Position numbers and translations under genes: made by a program. A DNA stretch of 64,000 nt from Podarcis melisellensis. Its lineage: Eukaryota. Of this stretch, positions 13,691 through 25,136 are shown piece by piece (position 1 is the first letter of the stretch; each line of letters opens with the position of its first letter). The stretch is from assembly GCA_964234715.1 (NCBI GenBank), contig OZ174275.1; one strand, given 5' to 3'. Under the pieces are notes generated by a model. The model was not told the origin of the DNA. It did no database searches and was given only the letters and a program-made list of their open reading frames with translations.

Positions 13691-15154
13691 ATAGGCAACA
13701 AAAATAACCCCTCTTAAGGCGCCTTCAGAACTCCTCCAATCATTTCAGTGAATGTATGGGAATGGTAGTGAGATTTTACTCACTACTCATGCTCCATGTT
13801 CACAGTTGGGTGAAGGTGGCCAATATGCATATAGATGCTATGGTTTCCATTTCATTGGAGGTGGCCTTCATGCATCTGTTTATATGGCAGCCCCCTACAG
13901 GCTACCACTGAATATGTGGCCATTAGGCTGCATCATCCATGGATGAGATCCTTCTATCCCTTTACATGTTCATTGAATCCATAGGCTGGGAAATGACTTT
14001 CATTGAACTTAGTGGGTCTGAACGTTTAGGACTTCTCTCTTTGTCTGTTAGATGCTGTTACTATTTTTGCTGCATGAGAACGTGGCTACTGTTTTGGAAC
14101 TCATGATATCACTGAAGGCTCTTCTGTGTGTGATTCCAAGCCATACTCACAAAGGTAATGTGAGAGTGCTTCTAATACTCTCTTCAAAATAGAGAATATA
14201 TGCCTTTATACGCCTGGAAATGGAGGTGTTATGTCTTCATTTTTGCTCCCATGATGCTTTCTATATGGGTGTAAATTGACTCATGATCTGCTCCCAGGGG
14301 CGGCTTTTGAGAAACTTGTGGGATTTTATCCATACTCTAATTGGTAATCCTGCTTCTCCTTTTTGTGTTTATTGTGCTTAGATTATCTGATACAGTTCAA
14401 TGAAAATCAGTTCAATGAAAGCATGACATGCCCAATTTGTCAGCTACATTACCTTGGTGATTCCTCTCTCTGCTTCCTTTCTTGTCAATGCAGCACCCAA
14501 GATCAGAGTGAGTTTGCACTAGGGCTTTCTTTATGTCTGATCCTATTAGTACTCATTTTGATATAGTAGAGTTATTCTCCAAAATGGAAATAAGGAGAGG
14601 GAAAGTGTTCACATAATATAGAAATGATTTGAAATCCGTTAGAGTGGAACAAAAATGTAGCTCAAGAGGAAAATGGCATGGAGATGAAAATTAAAAATAA
14701 TAATGAAACTGGAGTGTTGAGTGCCCACTAAATCATTCCCAAAAATTTGTGTAAAAAGTGAAGGTTATTGCATAATCTTCTGGGCTGGATGATGGGAATG
14801 GAATTGGCATGTAACTCCCCAGTCACTGTAAATTACAACGATCACTATACTACATTTTATTTTAGCAGAAATGCCGCAGAGTTCCTTATTGGGCCTTGAT
14901 TGCTTTGCACCTGTGACTCCCTTAGTAGGCAATGCAGAAGAACTAGCTCCATGCACATTTCTGGAATGCTTCTGTGAAATACCTCCATTCATCAAGGGGA
15001 TTGTGAGAGATACTGCAACACTTCTTTGTGTCTAGGCCTGTACTATGAAAGGTACAAGAAAGACTTGTCTCCTAATAAACTGCTGTATGCTACCCACTTC
15101 CTTGAGTGATGAGTGGTTCCAACATAAGTACTACCTGGGTTTGGCTTCCTTTGA

Positions 15155-15156
<2 letters not shown>

Positions 15157-15189
<33 letters not shown>
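15157..15189. repeat. (GA)n microsatellite
   Basis: Direct reading. Confidence 0.98.
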
Positions 15190-15190
<1 letters not shown>

Positions 15191-17606
15191 ATGCACACTA
15201 GTCTGGTTCATTACATTTTTTGTAGCATTTCAGTAGTTACCTACAAATATGCAAAGCCTAGGCAAGCAACATACACCCCTCCAAGACAACCATAACAGCC
15301 AGAAGTCCTCTCTCTCTGACTCTCTGTCTGTCTGTTCCAAATTGCAAGTTCTTGTTTCATCTCTCTCTCTCCCCTGACTCCTCATAGCTAGGAAAGTTCC
15401 TCAATATCGGTTCGGTAGGTTCCCATTATGATGCAAACTGAGCAAACCCATCCCTCTGCACTCTAGAATGCTTCCCAGTGACTGCCAGTGAATTACTTTC
15501 CTCATCTGCCCTGCCCTACTTAATTATAAAATGTAACCCAACCCAAGAGAAAAGCTTCTATTATTGTAGGAACAGTGTTGGGGAAGTGAAAAAACCTGCT
15601 TCTCTTGATCAATTTTGTTAACTGGCCAAACAAACAAACAAACAAACAAACAAAACTATCACCACCCATATTTGGCCCAGAAGCAACCAACTGTTCCTAC
15701 ACTGCCTTTTCTATGTGAGGTGTGTGTGAGAGAGTACCGCTGAGCAAAATTCAAAGAGGGCTGGCAAAGGGGTGGACACCCTGTGACTGGTTTGTTACAA
15801 TCAACTCTAAGAATGTGCTACAGAAGTCTAGTGCTGGCAGGAATTTCAAGGTAATACAGCGTGATTAGCTGTCCCAAAGCCAGAATAGCTGCACAATATC
15901 CCCTTTTGGTTAACCTGCGTAAATGAGCCTTAGTCGCAAAAAGTTCTCTTACTTAACAATAACATTCTGAATCTTTGTTTAAATTTGTTTTCTTTTTTAA
16001 CACTCTGCATTAAAAAGCAGGGTACAGAAGAAGCAGCCAAGCCCTCGTACTCTTTGATTGAGCTAGAGAAGTCAGGGCTTCAAATTAGAATAATTTTAGT
16101 GGCCAGAAACTCAGACAATAGCAAGAGCAATTTTCTTCAAATTTTGCAGGCAAATCTCGTTTGACTTCACAGCAAACCTGGCAATTTTCAGGCCAAACCA
16201 ATTTGTGTCATTTTTTCCCCCTGGCCAAAATTACAGGGGTCTAAAAATAGGGTTTAGATTATAATGACAGTTTCTGCCTTTAACCTGTGAACATGAAATA
16301 CAAGTCTCCATTATACTGCAGTTCTTGCTAATTAAGTTGGGGGGGTAGCGACGGGGGAAGAAAGTCAAGTAAACCATTAAAGCCGTAGTGTTGCCCTAAG
16401 TCAACTATTCTGAGCTTTTTCCTGCGAGCTTTTTTTGGTCTCTCGATACGAACTCAGAGATAGGACTTTAAGTAGCATCTATGAAATGTTTTTGATCATT
16501 GTCATTCTTTGACAAATGATTGTGATTTGGGGGGCACTTTTGTTCTCTTTGGGAGGGAGTCCTGCAGTGTGGAACAATTGAATAGTAGTGGCAGGTTGAT
16601 TTTAGACCCTAGACTGCAACATGCTGCTATACAAAGCTATGGACTGAACCTTAAGCGTAACAACAATTTTTTTGTTCCTATTCTGCTTTAAAGAAGCACC
16701 CACAGCCCAAAATAATTTTGTTCTTAAACAAAGCTTTCAGATAAACTACAAACTTTTTGTAAAAGCTTCACAGATATGTTGGGGGCAGAACCCAATATTG
16801 ATTCCAACCCATCTGAATTAGTTTTTTTCAGTTTCTTATATCACTTCATACAGAAAGAATCCCAAATATATTTACAGGGGCAACAACAATGAATAACCAC
16901 TTAAACAGAAAGGATTTAGATATAGTGTTGAAATCTAATCTGTTATTTAAATATCCCAGTGTGCTTTCCGAAATATGTGTCACTATAATAAAACCAATAC
17001 TTCATTGTAAAACCACGGCTGTTCAACATGTGTTTTCTTAGCTGAGCTCATGGTAAGTGACTCTTATCTGATTTGGGGTGGGTGCTGGTTTCACCCCCCA
17101 CCCCAGGAGCAGAAAATCTTTCCCCTCACAACTAGCCATTGGACGTCTCCACAACAGGACACAATGGATTCTGGGGTCACCCAGGTCCACTTCATTCCAG
17201 CTCGCTGTTGGAGAATAAAAGCCTGCTGTGGTGAGGACTGTCAACACAGTTGGTGGGAAAGCAACCTGCCTGCCTCACATGTTGCTTTTAGTTGATTAGT
17301 ATAATGACCTTGCTATGGTTTAAAAATGGTTGCCATATTTGGAGCCAGGAAGGAATTTGCCTGCAAACACATTGGACTTGTTTGGGGTTTCTGCCTTCCT
17401 CACAGATATTGTCACATCTTTTGGCAAATAAAGCATTGGGTAATCCTTAGTCTGGTTTCTGGGTCCAGGGTGATTTGGGGCATTGGCCTGACCTCAGGCA
17501 GGTGTGTTCTCAGGGTACCCTAGTAAAGCGGTCTGAATGAAAGCTTCTGTCCTGAAGCCAAGCATGGGGCAGAAGGGCCATAGAAGCTCTTTTTTTTACC
17601 CATATG

Positions 17607-17609
<3 letters not shown>

Positions 17610-17659
<50 letters not shown>

Positions 17660-17671
17660 CACACACACACA
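17610..17671. repeat. Compound (CT)n(CA)n microsatellite
   Basis: Direct reading. Confidence 0.98.
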
Positions 17672-17759
17672 AACACAACATACTCATCCCCCAGAATAGT
17701 ATTCCAGTACCTTGCTGTAGGCAGCATAACAACATATTCACAGGGCTTCAATGACTCCA

Positions 17760-18114
17760 TGACATAAAAAGAGCCTGTTGGATCTGGCCAATGGCCCATT
17801 TAGTTCAGCATCCCCACCGTGGCTGAACAAATGTCTGTGGAAAACCTGCAATTGGTATGCAAGCAAGCAGTCTCCCCTCCTGTGGTTTACAGAATCTGCT
17901 ATTCAGAAGCATGCTGCCTTCCTATGGAGGCAGAGCACAGCCACCATGGCTGGTAGCCATCGATAGCCTTATCTTCCATGAATCTGCCTAATCCTCTTTT
18001 AAAGCTATCCAATTTGGCTTTCTATCACCTGTCTGGATTCTTCCAACACGCAGCTTCATTGGATGTCCTCAATTTCTAGTTTTATGAGAAACTAGAGCTT
18101 TCTCCATGCCATGC
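17760..18114 (-). mobile_element. CR1 LINE 3' end (portion left of the PLE insertion)
   Basis: Reverse complement resembles the CR1 copy at 13140-13690 (ggacatccaatgaagctg...; gccattggcc...gatccagcagg). Boundaries approximate. Confidence 0.75.
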
Positions 18115-18218
18115 ATATATATATATATATATATATATATGCTTTCGTAGATTTTCACGGGTACAGGAATGCAGGTTTTGGTGTCCTCGGGTGTCTTCCC
18201 GTGTAAAAGTTGGGGTGT

Positions 18219-18263
18219 CTAGGCGACGTTTCGACGAGGTCTCACTCGTCATCTTCAGGCTGG
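18219..18263 (-). ncRNA. Minimal hammerhead ribozyme motif, left-arm copy
   Basis: Exact reverse complement of 19692-19736; C17 equivalent at 18225. Confidence 0.75.
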
Positions 18264-18946
18264 TGCTTTCGGCTTCTTGTTACTGGAACAGAGCAGGATC
18301 TCAGTGTTTGAGTTCCTATAAATACTGTTGAGGGGGTGTGGTGTATAGCCTCCAATGTTCTGGGCAGAGAGGAAGTTCCCAGGCTAGTGTGCCTTTTCTT
18401 CTTTTGTTCCTTAATTACTTGAGGGATATCTTGAGTGATTTCTTGAGTGATATCCTGAGTACCACTTAGGTGGGTCATTAGGTGTGGATTAGTTGCTAAA
18501 GTCTTTGTGTCTTGACCTCTTGAACTTTGTGAAGAGTTTTTCTGAGAAGATGGCTGTACTGCACTTAGTTGTGCTCTGGCTTGGCTTCGTGTATAGGGGC
18601 GAGCTGTGGTTTTGTGGCCTGTGTCAGCCAGATCTGTGTAGGGATTGCAGGGGGGTGCAGCATCCGGAGGTGCCACCATGGTTTGGCTACTGGATGGTGT
18701 CTGTAATTTATCTGTGGAGAGGGTCTGGGTTTGGGTCTGGTGTGGTTGATTGGTGATGGCGTTCTGTGTGCCTCTGGATCTGGTGTCAGTTTTTGTGGGG
18801 AGGGCTAATTTCCAGATGTCTGGCAAGCGGGATGTGTCGTCACGCTTGTTCATGTTGTGAGGGTGTTTCTCTATCTCGATGGCTTCCATGATTATTCTCT
18901 TGTGGTGATGTTCCATGTTAAAGAGCAATTTGGAATCTGCAAAATT
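18242..18946 (-). pseudogene. Inverted copy of the PLE ORF C-terminus (open frame, 228-aa ORF in track)
   Basis: ORF 18242..18928(-) matches the plus-arm translation except R in place of the stop (G at 18589 vs T at 19366). Confidence 0.85.
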
Positions 18947-19713
18947 TCAAAAAAGAAGAAAAAACTTCCTCTCTTTTCCAACACATGAAAGAAACAGGAC
19001 ACGAAATTAATTTTGCAGATTCCAAATTGCTCTTTAACATGGAACATCACCACAAGAGAATAATCATGGAAGCCATCGAGATAGAGAAACACCCTCACAA
19101 CATGAACAAGCGTGACGACACATCCCGCTTGCCAGACATCTGGAAATTAGCCCTCCCCACAAAAACTGACACCAGATCCAGAGGCACACAGAACGCCATC
19201 ACCAATCAACCACACCAGACCCAAACCCAGACCCTCTCCACAGATAAATTACAGACACCATCCAGTAGCCAAACCATGGTGGCACCTCCGGATGCTGCAC
19301 CCCCCTGCAATCCCTACACAGATCTGGCTGACACAGGCCACAAAACCACAGCTCGCCCCTATACATGAAGCCAAGCCAGAGCACAACTAAGTGCAGTACA
19401 GCCATCTTCTCAGAAAAACTCTTCACAAAGTTCAAGAGGTCAAGACACAAAGACTTTAGCAACTAATCCACACCTAATGACCCACCTAAGTGGTACTCAG
19501 GATATCACTCAAGAAATCACTCAAGATATCCCTCAAGTAATTAAGGAACAAAAGAAGAAAAGGCACACTAGCCTGGGAACTTCCTCTCTGCCCAGAACAT
19601 TGGAGGCTATACACCACACCCCCTCAACAGTATTTATAGGAACTCAAACACTGAGATCCTGCTCTGTTCCAGTAACAAGAAGCCGAAAGCACCAGCCTGA
19701 AGATGACGAGTGA
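18946..19713 (+). pseudogene. PLE ORF C-terminal fragment (GIY-YIG endonuclease second half plus S/T/Q/P-rich tail), with premature TGA at 19366-19368
   Basis: Frame reads FKKEEKTSSLFQHMKETGHEINFADSKLLFNMEHHHKRIIMEAIEIEKHPHNMNKRDD...; a CGA>TGA change relative to the other arm stops it at 19368; the same frame continues to ...HQPEDDE* at 19713. No RT domain present. Confidence 0.85.
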
Positions 19714-19736
19714 GACCTCGTCGAAACGTCGCCTAG
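19692..19736 (+). ncRNA. Minimal type-I hammerhead ribozyme motif (PLE-associated); predicted cleavage after C19730
   Basis: CUGAAGA (19697-19703), extra U, stem II GACGAG/CUCGUC closed by loop UGAGAC, GAAA (19723-19726), CG-UC giving a loop-less palindromic ACGU stem III. Stem I is only about 2 bp (GC/GC) with a weak extension. Confidence 0.75.
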
Positions 19737-19848
19737 ACACCCCAACTTTTACACGGGAAGACACCCGAGGACACCAAAACCTGCATATATATATATATAT
19801 GCAGGTTTTGGTGTCCTCGGGTGTCTTCCCGTGTAAAAGTTGGGGTGT

Positions 19849-19893
19849 CTAGGCGACGTTTCGACGAGGTCTCACTCGTCATCTTCAGGCTGG
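19849..19893 (-). ncRNA. Minimal hammerhead ribozyme motif, third copy
   Basis: Direct repeat of the 18219-18263 copy, offset 1630 bp; C17 equivalent at 19855. Confidence 0.75.
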
Positions 19894-19912
19894 TGCTTTC
19901 GGCTTCTTGTTA

Positions 19913-20490
19913 TATATTGCAGTTCTATCATGTCACCTTTTACTCGATTTTTCTCTAAACTAAAAAAAAAATCCTACAAACCTTTCTCATAGAGGAGTTG
20001 CTCTGTCCCCATATCATTTTGGTTGCCCTTTTCCAAACCTCTTCCAACTCCAACATCCATTTTGAAGTGAGAAGACCAGACAGGTACACAGGATTCCAAA
20101 TGCGGCTACACGGCATTTACATTGACAAGTTTGTTTTCCTTTCCTAATGATCCCTTGCATGGAATTTGCCCTTTTCACAAGTGAAATGATGATTACTGCA
20201 TTACTGTACACTTGTTTACACTGAATTGCCTTTGCCATTTTACCGCCTATGCACTTAGTCTCTTTAGAGCATTTCAGAATCTCTTTTTAACTATCCTGAA
20301 CAGTTTAGTATCATCAGAAAATTGGGCCACCTCGCTGCTCACCCACAACTCTAGATCATTTATGAACTAGTTAAAAAGCAACATATCCCTCTGTCCATCC
20401 ATTCAGGGAACCATCCCTTTATTCTTACTGTTTCCTAGTCTACAAGAGGAGCTTCTCCTCTTATTTCATGACTGCTCAGCTTACTCAAGA
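19913..20490 (-). mobile_element. CR1 LINE ORF2 remnant (portion right of the PLE insertion)
   Basis: Reverse complement reads tttagtttagagaaaaatcgagtaaaaggtgacatgatagaa (FSLEK.RVKGDMIE) and aaaagggcaaccaaaatgat (KRATKM), collinear with the left portion. Confidence 0.75.
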
Positions 20491-23400
20491 GTCGTTGGTT
20501 TGGGGATGTCATCTGGGAATCACTCCTTTGAATTGTTTCAGACTAGATATGTTGATCAAAATGTTATTTATTGTAACTTCCTTTCATGGCTGTCATTGTG
20601 CATTTATCCATTTTCACCGTAATGACATCTTCCTTTCTCTCTCCTCCTCTGGGTCTCATTATCTAATTCAAAACTGGCAGGATTCCTGCTTTAATTGGAT
20701 GGTCTTGGCTGTGTTTCCTGGGCACTGATACGCTGATTCCAAGGTGAAGGAGTGGTGCCCTTGTAGTTGACAGCTGGGATAGATTTCCAGCAGTCGCTGT
20801 TTAGAATTGTCACCTTGCAGCTGGGCCTTTGCCCAGACCTTGGACTGGATATTGAATGCCAAGGACCCAGAAGCCAAGTTGCAGCCTTGCACTGTGATCT
20901 GGAGTACAAGCTGGTAGCTGTCACTCTGAACAGACACTAACGGCTTCCTGCTGACATCTTCTGTAGACCATGGTGGCCAATTGGGAGTGAAGTGTGTGTG
21001 ACCAGTCAGCTAATTAGAGAAACATTGCCTGCACACAAATGAAGCCATTGATGGGAAGCCTCCACTGTATATTCACAGAACTTTTCTACATGTCCAGGTT
21101 TTATTAAGTGAGCATTTGTTATAAACTACATTAATATCTAAAATGAAAAGTCCTTAAAGCCTGCCTGGGCATATCACATTTTCCCGGGAAGCCGAAATCC
21201 ACAATGAGAGACACTTCTTTTAGTGCCAAGCGACAAACACTTTGCACATGCTTAGACACATTCTTCTTTGTCTGATTTTTGTCAGTTCCAGCCTAAGCCC
21301 TAGCTCATATTAAGCCCTGATTATAAATGAATCTTTCCACTGGGCTTTGCCAAGGAAGGAATCTTCTGATTTTGTTGACTGTTTTATCATAAACTGAATC
21401 CACAGAGTCTATAAGCACCAATAAACTTTTGTGCTTCCCCCTTTATCTCTACAATATATTTTCTTTTAATATTTACTACGAACTATTTTATTACAGGTTA
21501 GAAAGAAAACTGGGAATTATCTGACAGATAAAGAACAGAGAAGCGGCTGAACTCTAAATTACGAACCATAGCAAATAACTGTTATAATCCATTTGCGGTT
21601 TCCCACCCCGCTCTTCCCCTCCTTCCTTCTCCTGTCTTAATAGAATATAACTGATGTTTCACACTGTGGTCTGCATTATAACTTCACAGTGGCTGTAGAG
21701 ATGTATTAATGTGCTTATAAATCTTTTATATTTCAGCAGGTTTTTAAAAAATCACACCATCATTCCTAATATAATTTTGAACAGTCATAGTGGATTTTCT
21801 GGCGTTGTTTCTTTCTTTCTTTTTTTAACAAAACAGTGAATGACAAGCTTACCCTGGGCCTTTTAACTTCTCCATCCATTCCTTCTCTGGCATCTAAAAT
21901 ATGCCCCGGAGGCTGCATCAATGTTTATTTAGGAAAAACATTCATGACGACATTTCAAAATGTGCAAAGACAGATTAGTTTAGCAAAGGAAATCGCTAAT
22001 ATAATTCTGTTCATCATTTCCAGCGAGATTTTTCTTTTCCTATCCATTCTCCAGTGTGCTCTTCTAGGAGCCAAACAGAACCCCCTTCTCACAGCTGGAC
22101 CAGCCACTTAAGCAGAGCTTGGGAGGAGACCATAGCTGAGGTTTTTGCATGCAGAACATCACAGGTTCAACCCCCAGTATCTCTGATTAGGAAGTATCTC
22201 AGATAGGTGATGGGAAGGACTAGAGACAAAGTAGAGAATCCTGGCAAAAAAAGCCAAACGTTTGATCTGGTAGGCTGAATTCTGTGGGTCAAACTGAACA
22301 AGGGATAAACACGTAGCAGGCAACTACAGAACAAGTGGGGAAGTCTGATTCTCACTGCGAAGGCAGCATGTGGGAAGGAAGGGCTTATCTATTCACTCCC
22401 ACACTGAGCCTGGAACAAACATGTCCCTTGTCATTGTTCACTTCCCATGGGGAAGCCTTAAAAGAAGGTCCCCAATGGGACTTCTCTCCTAAAACTTCTA
22501 GCCCAACAGTGGATGGTGTGGTTTGCGGACGCTGTCATAGGCCAGGAGTCATCTTCACCTGCTGAACATCAGCCTGAAGAGGGGATAGGGCAGAGTGACT
22601 CCACCTGCAGCTGATCAGCCTTCAAGGACACAGAGGAGAAGGCACTGATGAGAACCAGCTAGCTTTAGCCTTCTTAAGCAGAGCTTCCAGCTGCAGTCAG
22701 GTGCTGATAACAATGCTTATTGTTCCTGGCCCCTGTCTTGTTGCTTCCTGCTCATCTTGACCCTTGACCCCCTGTTCATCGGATTCCCTGAGTCCTGGAC
22801 TGTCTGACAATGTGGATTGCTCTTCACCCGACCCTTGGACCGGACCTAACTTTGGACACTGACTCTGTCTCCAAGCAAGTACACCTCAGACACTCTTTGG
22901 GTTGGCTCCACTAAGCTCTGCACATTGCGGCTTAGCATTGAGACCATGATAGACACTTCCATTCCAATCCTGGTTGAGTACTGAAGAGATAAACCCCCTT
23001 TTCTTGTGTACTGCTTTTACAACATTAATTTAGATCCCCTGCTATATATTCAAGCACACATCTAGAGATTCTTTCATATTTTACATAGCACAATTGACAA
23101 GCCTGTTAATTCCTGGTGTGAATTAAGTGATATCATGAGAACCACAGTTCAAGGTCTCCCTGTATCCATCATAACAGCTTTGAGAAATCACATGAGCTTA
23201 CTAGTGCTAGGAGGAAGCACACTCATACTCACACCAAACACATCTAGTTTCCTACTCCATGCCATGATATGCGAGTGTGATGAAGTAATTTTTTTTTATC
23301 CGTTCACTTTAAATGCCAGGGCTATGTGTCTAAGTAGAATTTTATTAGATTGTTTTTATGGACTAATACAGACAGAGGCAGCAATGGCGCAATAAAACGG

Positions 23401-24429
23401 TTAGGTTCCCTTTGAGAATTTGGAGGAGCAGACTTTGGTTTTCTGTCAGAACTTCCTGCCACCATCCATCTCTATGGATTGCTGCTTGCAGTGCACACAA
23501 GAACTAAATTGTTTTATTGCTATTAACTGCAGATGCTATGGAAACCCAAAATAATTCTTATGATCAGGGTCTGTAGAGCCCACTAGTTGATTCTACCCAT
23601 GTTTTCATGGCTTGTTTCTGGCCTTCAGAATCGCTTTTCCAAAAAAACCTTCAGGCCCCATCCAGCAGAAGCTGGCTTATCACACTTTGAACTAAGTGAA
23701 GTAATATGTACATTATCACTGTAAGTTCAGAATCCAGAATGACCCAATTGAACCACTGCAGCTACAAAGCTATTCATGTAGGAGATGTGCTACCTACAAT
23801 TGCTGGTCAGGAGCACCTCCCCCCCCCCCCGCTAATTCACTGATTTTGTGTAATGAGTAAGTATTGTTATAAACATTGAAATGGCCTTATGACCTTTGAA
23901 GAACCACTCTAAGAAAGGGGCAAGTGCTGTATCTACATCTCCTAAAGAAATCTACCAGCAAGGCTCTCCCCCCCCCCTTTTTGCCACATATACACTTCCA
24001 ACATACTCTACTGGGGAGAAAGGTAGCCTTTTCAAGGGGCCATATTTCTTCCAAGGTCTCCAGTTGCTACCACCTTGTACAGTGTCAAAGGTATTAAAAA
24101 TAACTGTGCTACACAACAAAGGTACTAATCAAAGTGTTTGTGTGGGGGGGAGATTGAGAGACAATTTGACCTGTGGTAATTAATTCTGGTAGTATAGTTT
24201 GTTATTTTCAATGCTAATTGCATGCTTCAAAGCAGCTTACAAAATCAAAGCATTAAACTTTCCCCCCATTTTTTTAATCAAATAAAACCTTACTGCTGGG
24301 CTGGAGAAGCTGTGATTCTCCAGCTGCTCTTCTCTAGCTGTTGATACAGCTCCTCTCATCCCTTACTTTTCATTGGCCATGCTGACTGTTGGCCATTGAA
24401 GTATGGAGGGCCACAGCTTCCCCACCCCA

Positions 24430-25136
24430 CAAAGCCTCCAACATTTCTCTGATGAAAATAGTAACGTCCCATTCCATAGTGATAATTTTACTATTTATAC
24501 CCAACACATCTTACTGGGTTGCCCCAGCCACTCTGAATAGCTTCCAACATATATAAAAAACATAATAAAACATTAGGTAAAGGGACCCCTGACCATTTGG
24601 TCCAGTCGTGGCCGACTCTGGGGTTGCGGCGCTCATCTCGCTTTATTGGCAGAGGGAGCCTGCATACAGCTTCCGGGTCATGTGGCCAGCATGACTAATT
24701 CGCTTCTGGTGAACCAGAGCAGTGCATGGAAACACTGTTTACCTTCCCACCAGAGTGGTACCTATTTATCTACTTGCACTTTGACGTGCTTTTGAACTAC
24801 TAGTTTGGCAGGAGCAGGGACTAAGCAATGGGAGCTCACCCCGTTGTGGGGATTCGAACCACCGACCTTCTGATCGGCAAGTCCTAGGCTCTGTGGTTTA
24901 ACCCACAGCGCCACCCGCATCCCTCAATAAAACATTAGAAAGAAAGAAAAATTCCTTATACATGAGTTGCCTTCAGTTGACTCAGGGGTTGGATAACCTC
25001 ATACCCTCCAACATTTCTCCAATGAAAATAGGGATGTCTTAAGGGAACGTGGGACATTTCAGGATAAAGTCAGAAAGCGGGACAGCTTCTCTAAATCAGG
25101 GACTTCCCTGGAAAATAAGGACTCTTGGAGGGTTTG
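24430..25136. mobile_element. TIR element (hAT-like MITE) interrupted by the Sauria SINE
   Basis: Ends caaagcctccaa / ttggagggtttg; internal repeat cctccaacatttctc..atgaaaatag; flanks cacccc on both sides. Confidence 0.65.
24576..24923 (-). mobile_element. Sauria SINE, full length
   Basis: Minus strand starts GGGATGCGGGTGGCGCTGTGGGTTAAACC, has box B GGTTCGAATCC and ends CCCTTTACC. TSD aataaaacatta at 24564-24575 and 24926-24937. Confidence 0.9.

Larger units (their letters stand above)
18141..19912. mobile_element. Penelope-like retroelement (PLE) remnant, 5'-truncated, with inverted pseudo-LTR arrangement, inserted at a (TA)n tract
   Basis: Arms 18169-18946 and 19009-19786 are reverse complements; endpoint sums are both 37955, so no net indel. 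The translation has a PLE-type GIY-YIG C-terminal motif (SSLFQHMKETGHEINF...E...KRIIMEAIEI...NMNKRDD). Each 3' end carries a hammerhead motif. (AT)n at 18115-18140 and 19785-19800, short TA run after 19912. Confidence 0.92.

Noticed and set aside
15730-15856. Possible plus-strand first exon (ATG...CAAG|GTAATA, MCYRSLVLAGIS)
   Set aside because: Only a moderate donor, with no recognisable peptide or downstream partner exon.
20668-20978. Perfect Kozak gccaccATGg on the minus strand with nearby ORFs
   Set aside because: The ATG frame stops after 16 codons and the other frames match nothing recognisable.
22533-22875. Possible Gypsy-type solo LTR starting TGTCA
   Set aside because: No confident 3' end, TSD or second copy in the window.
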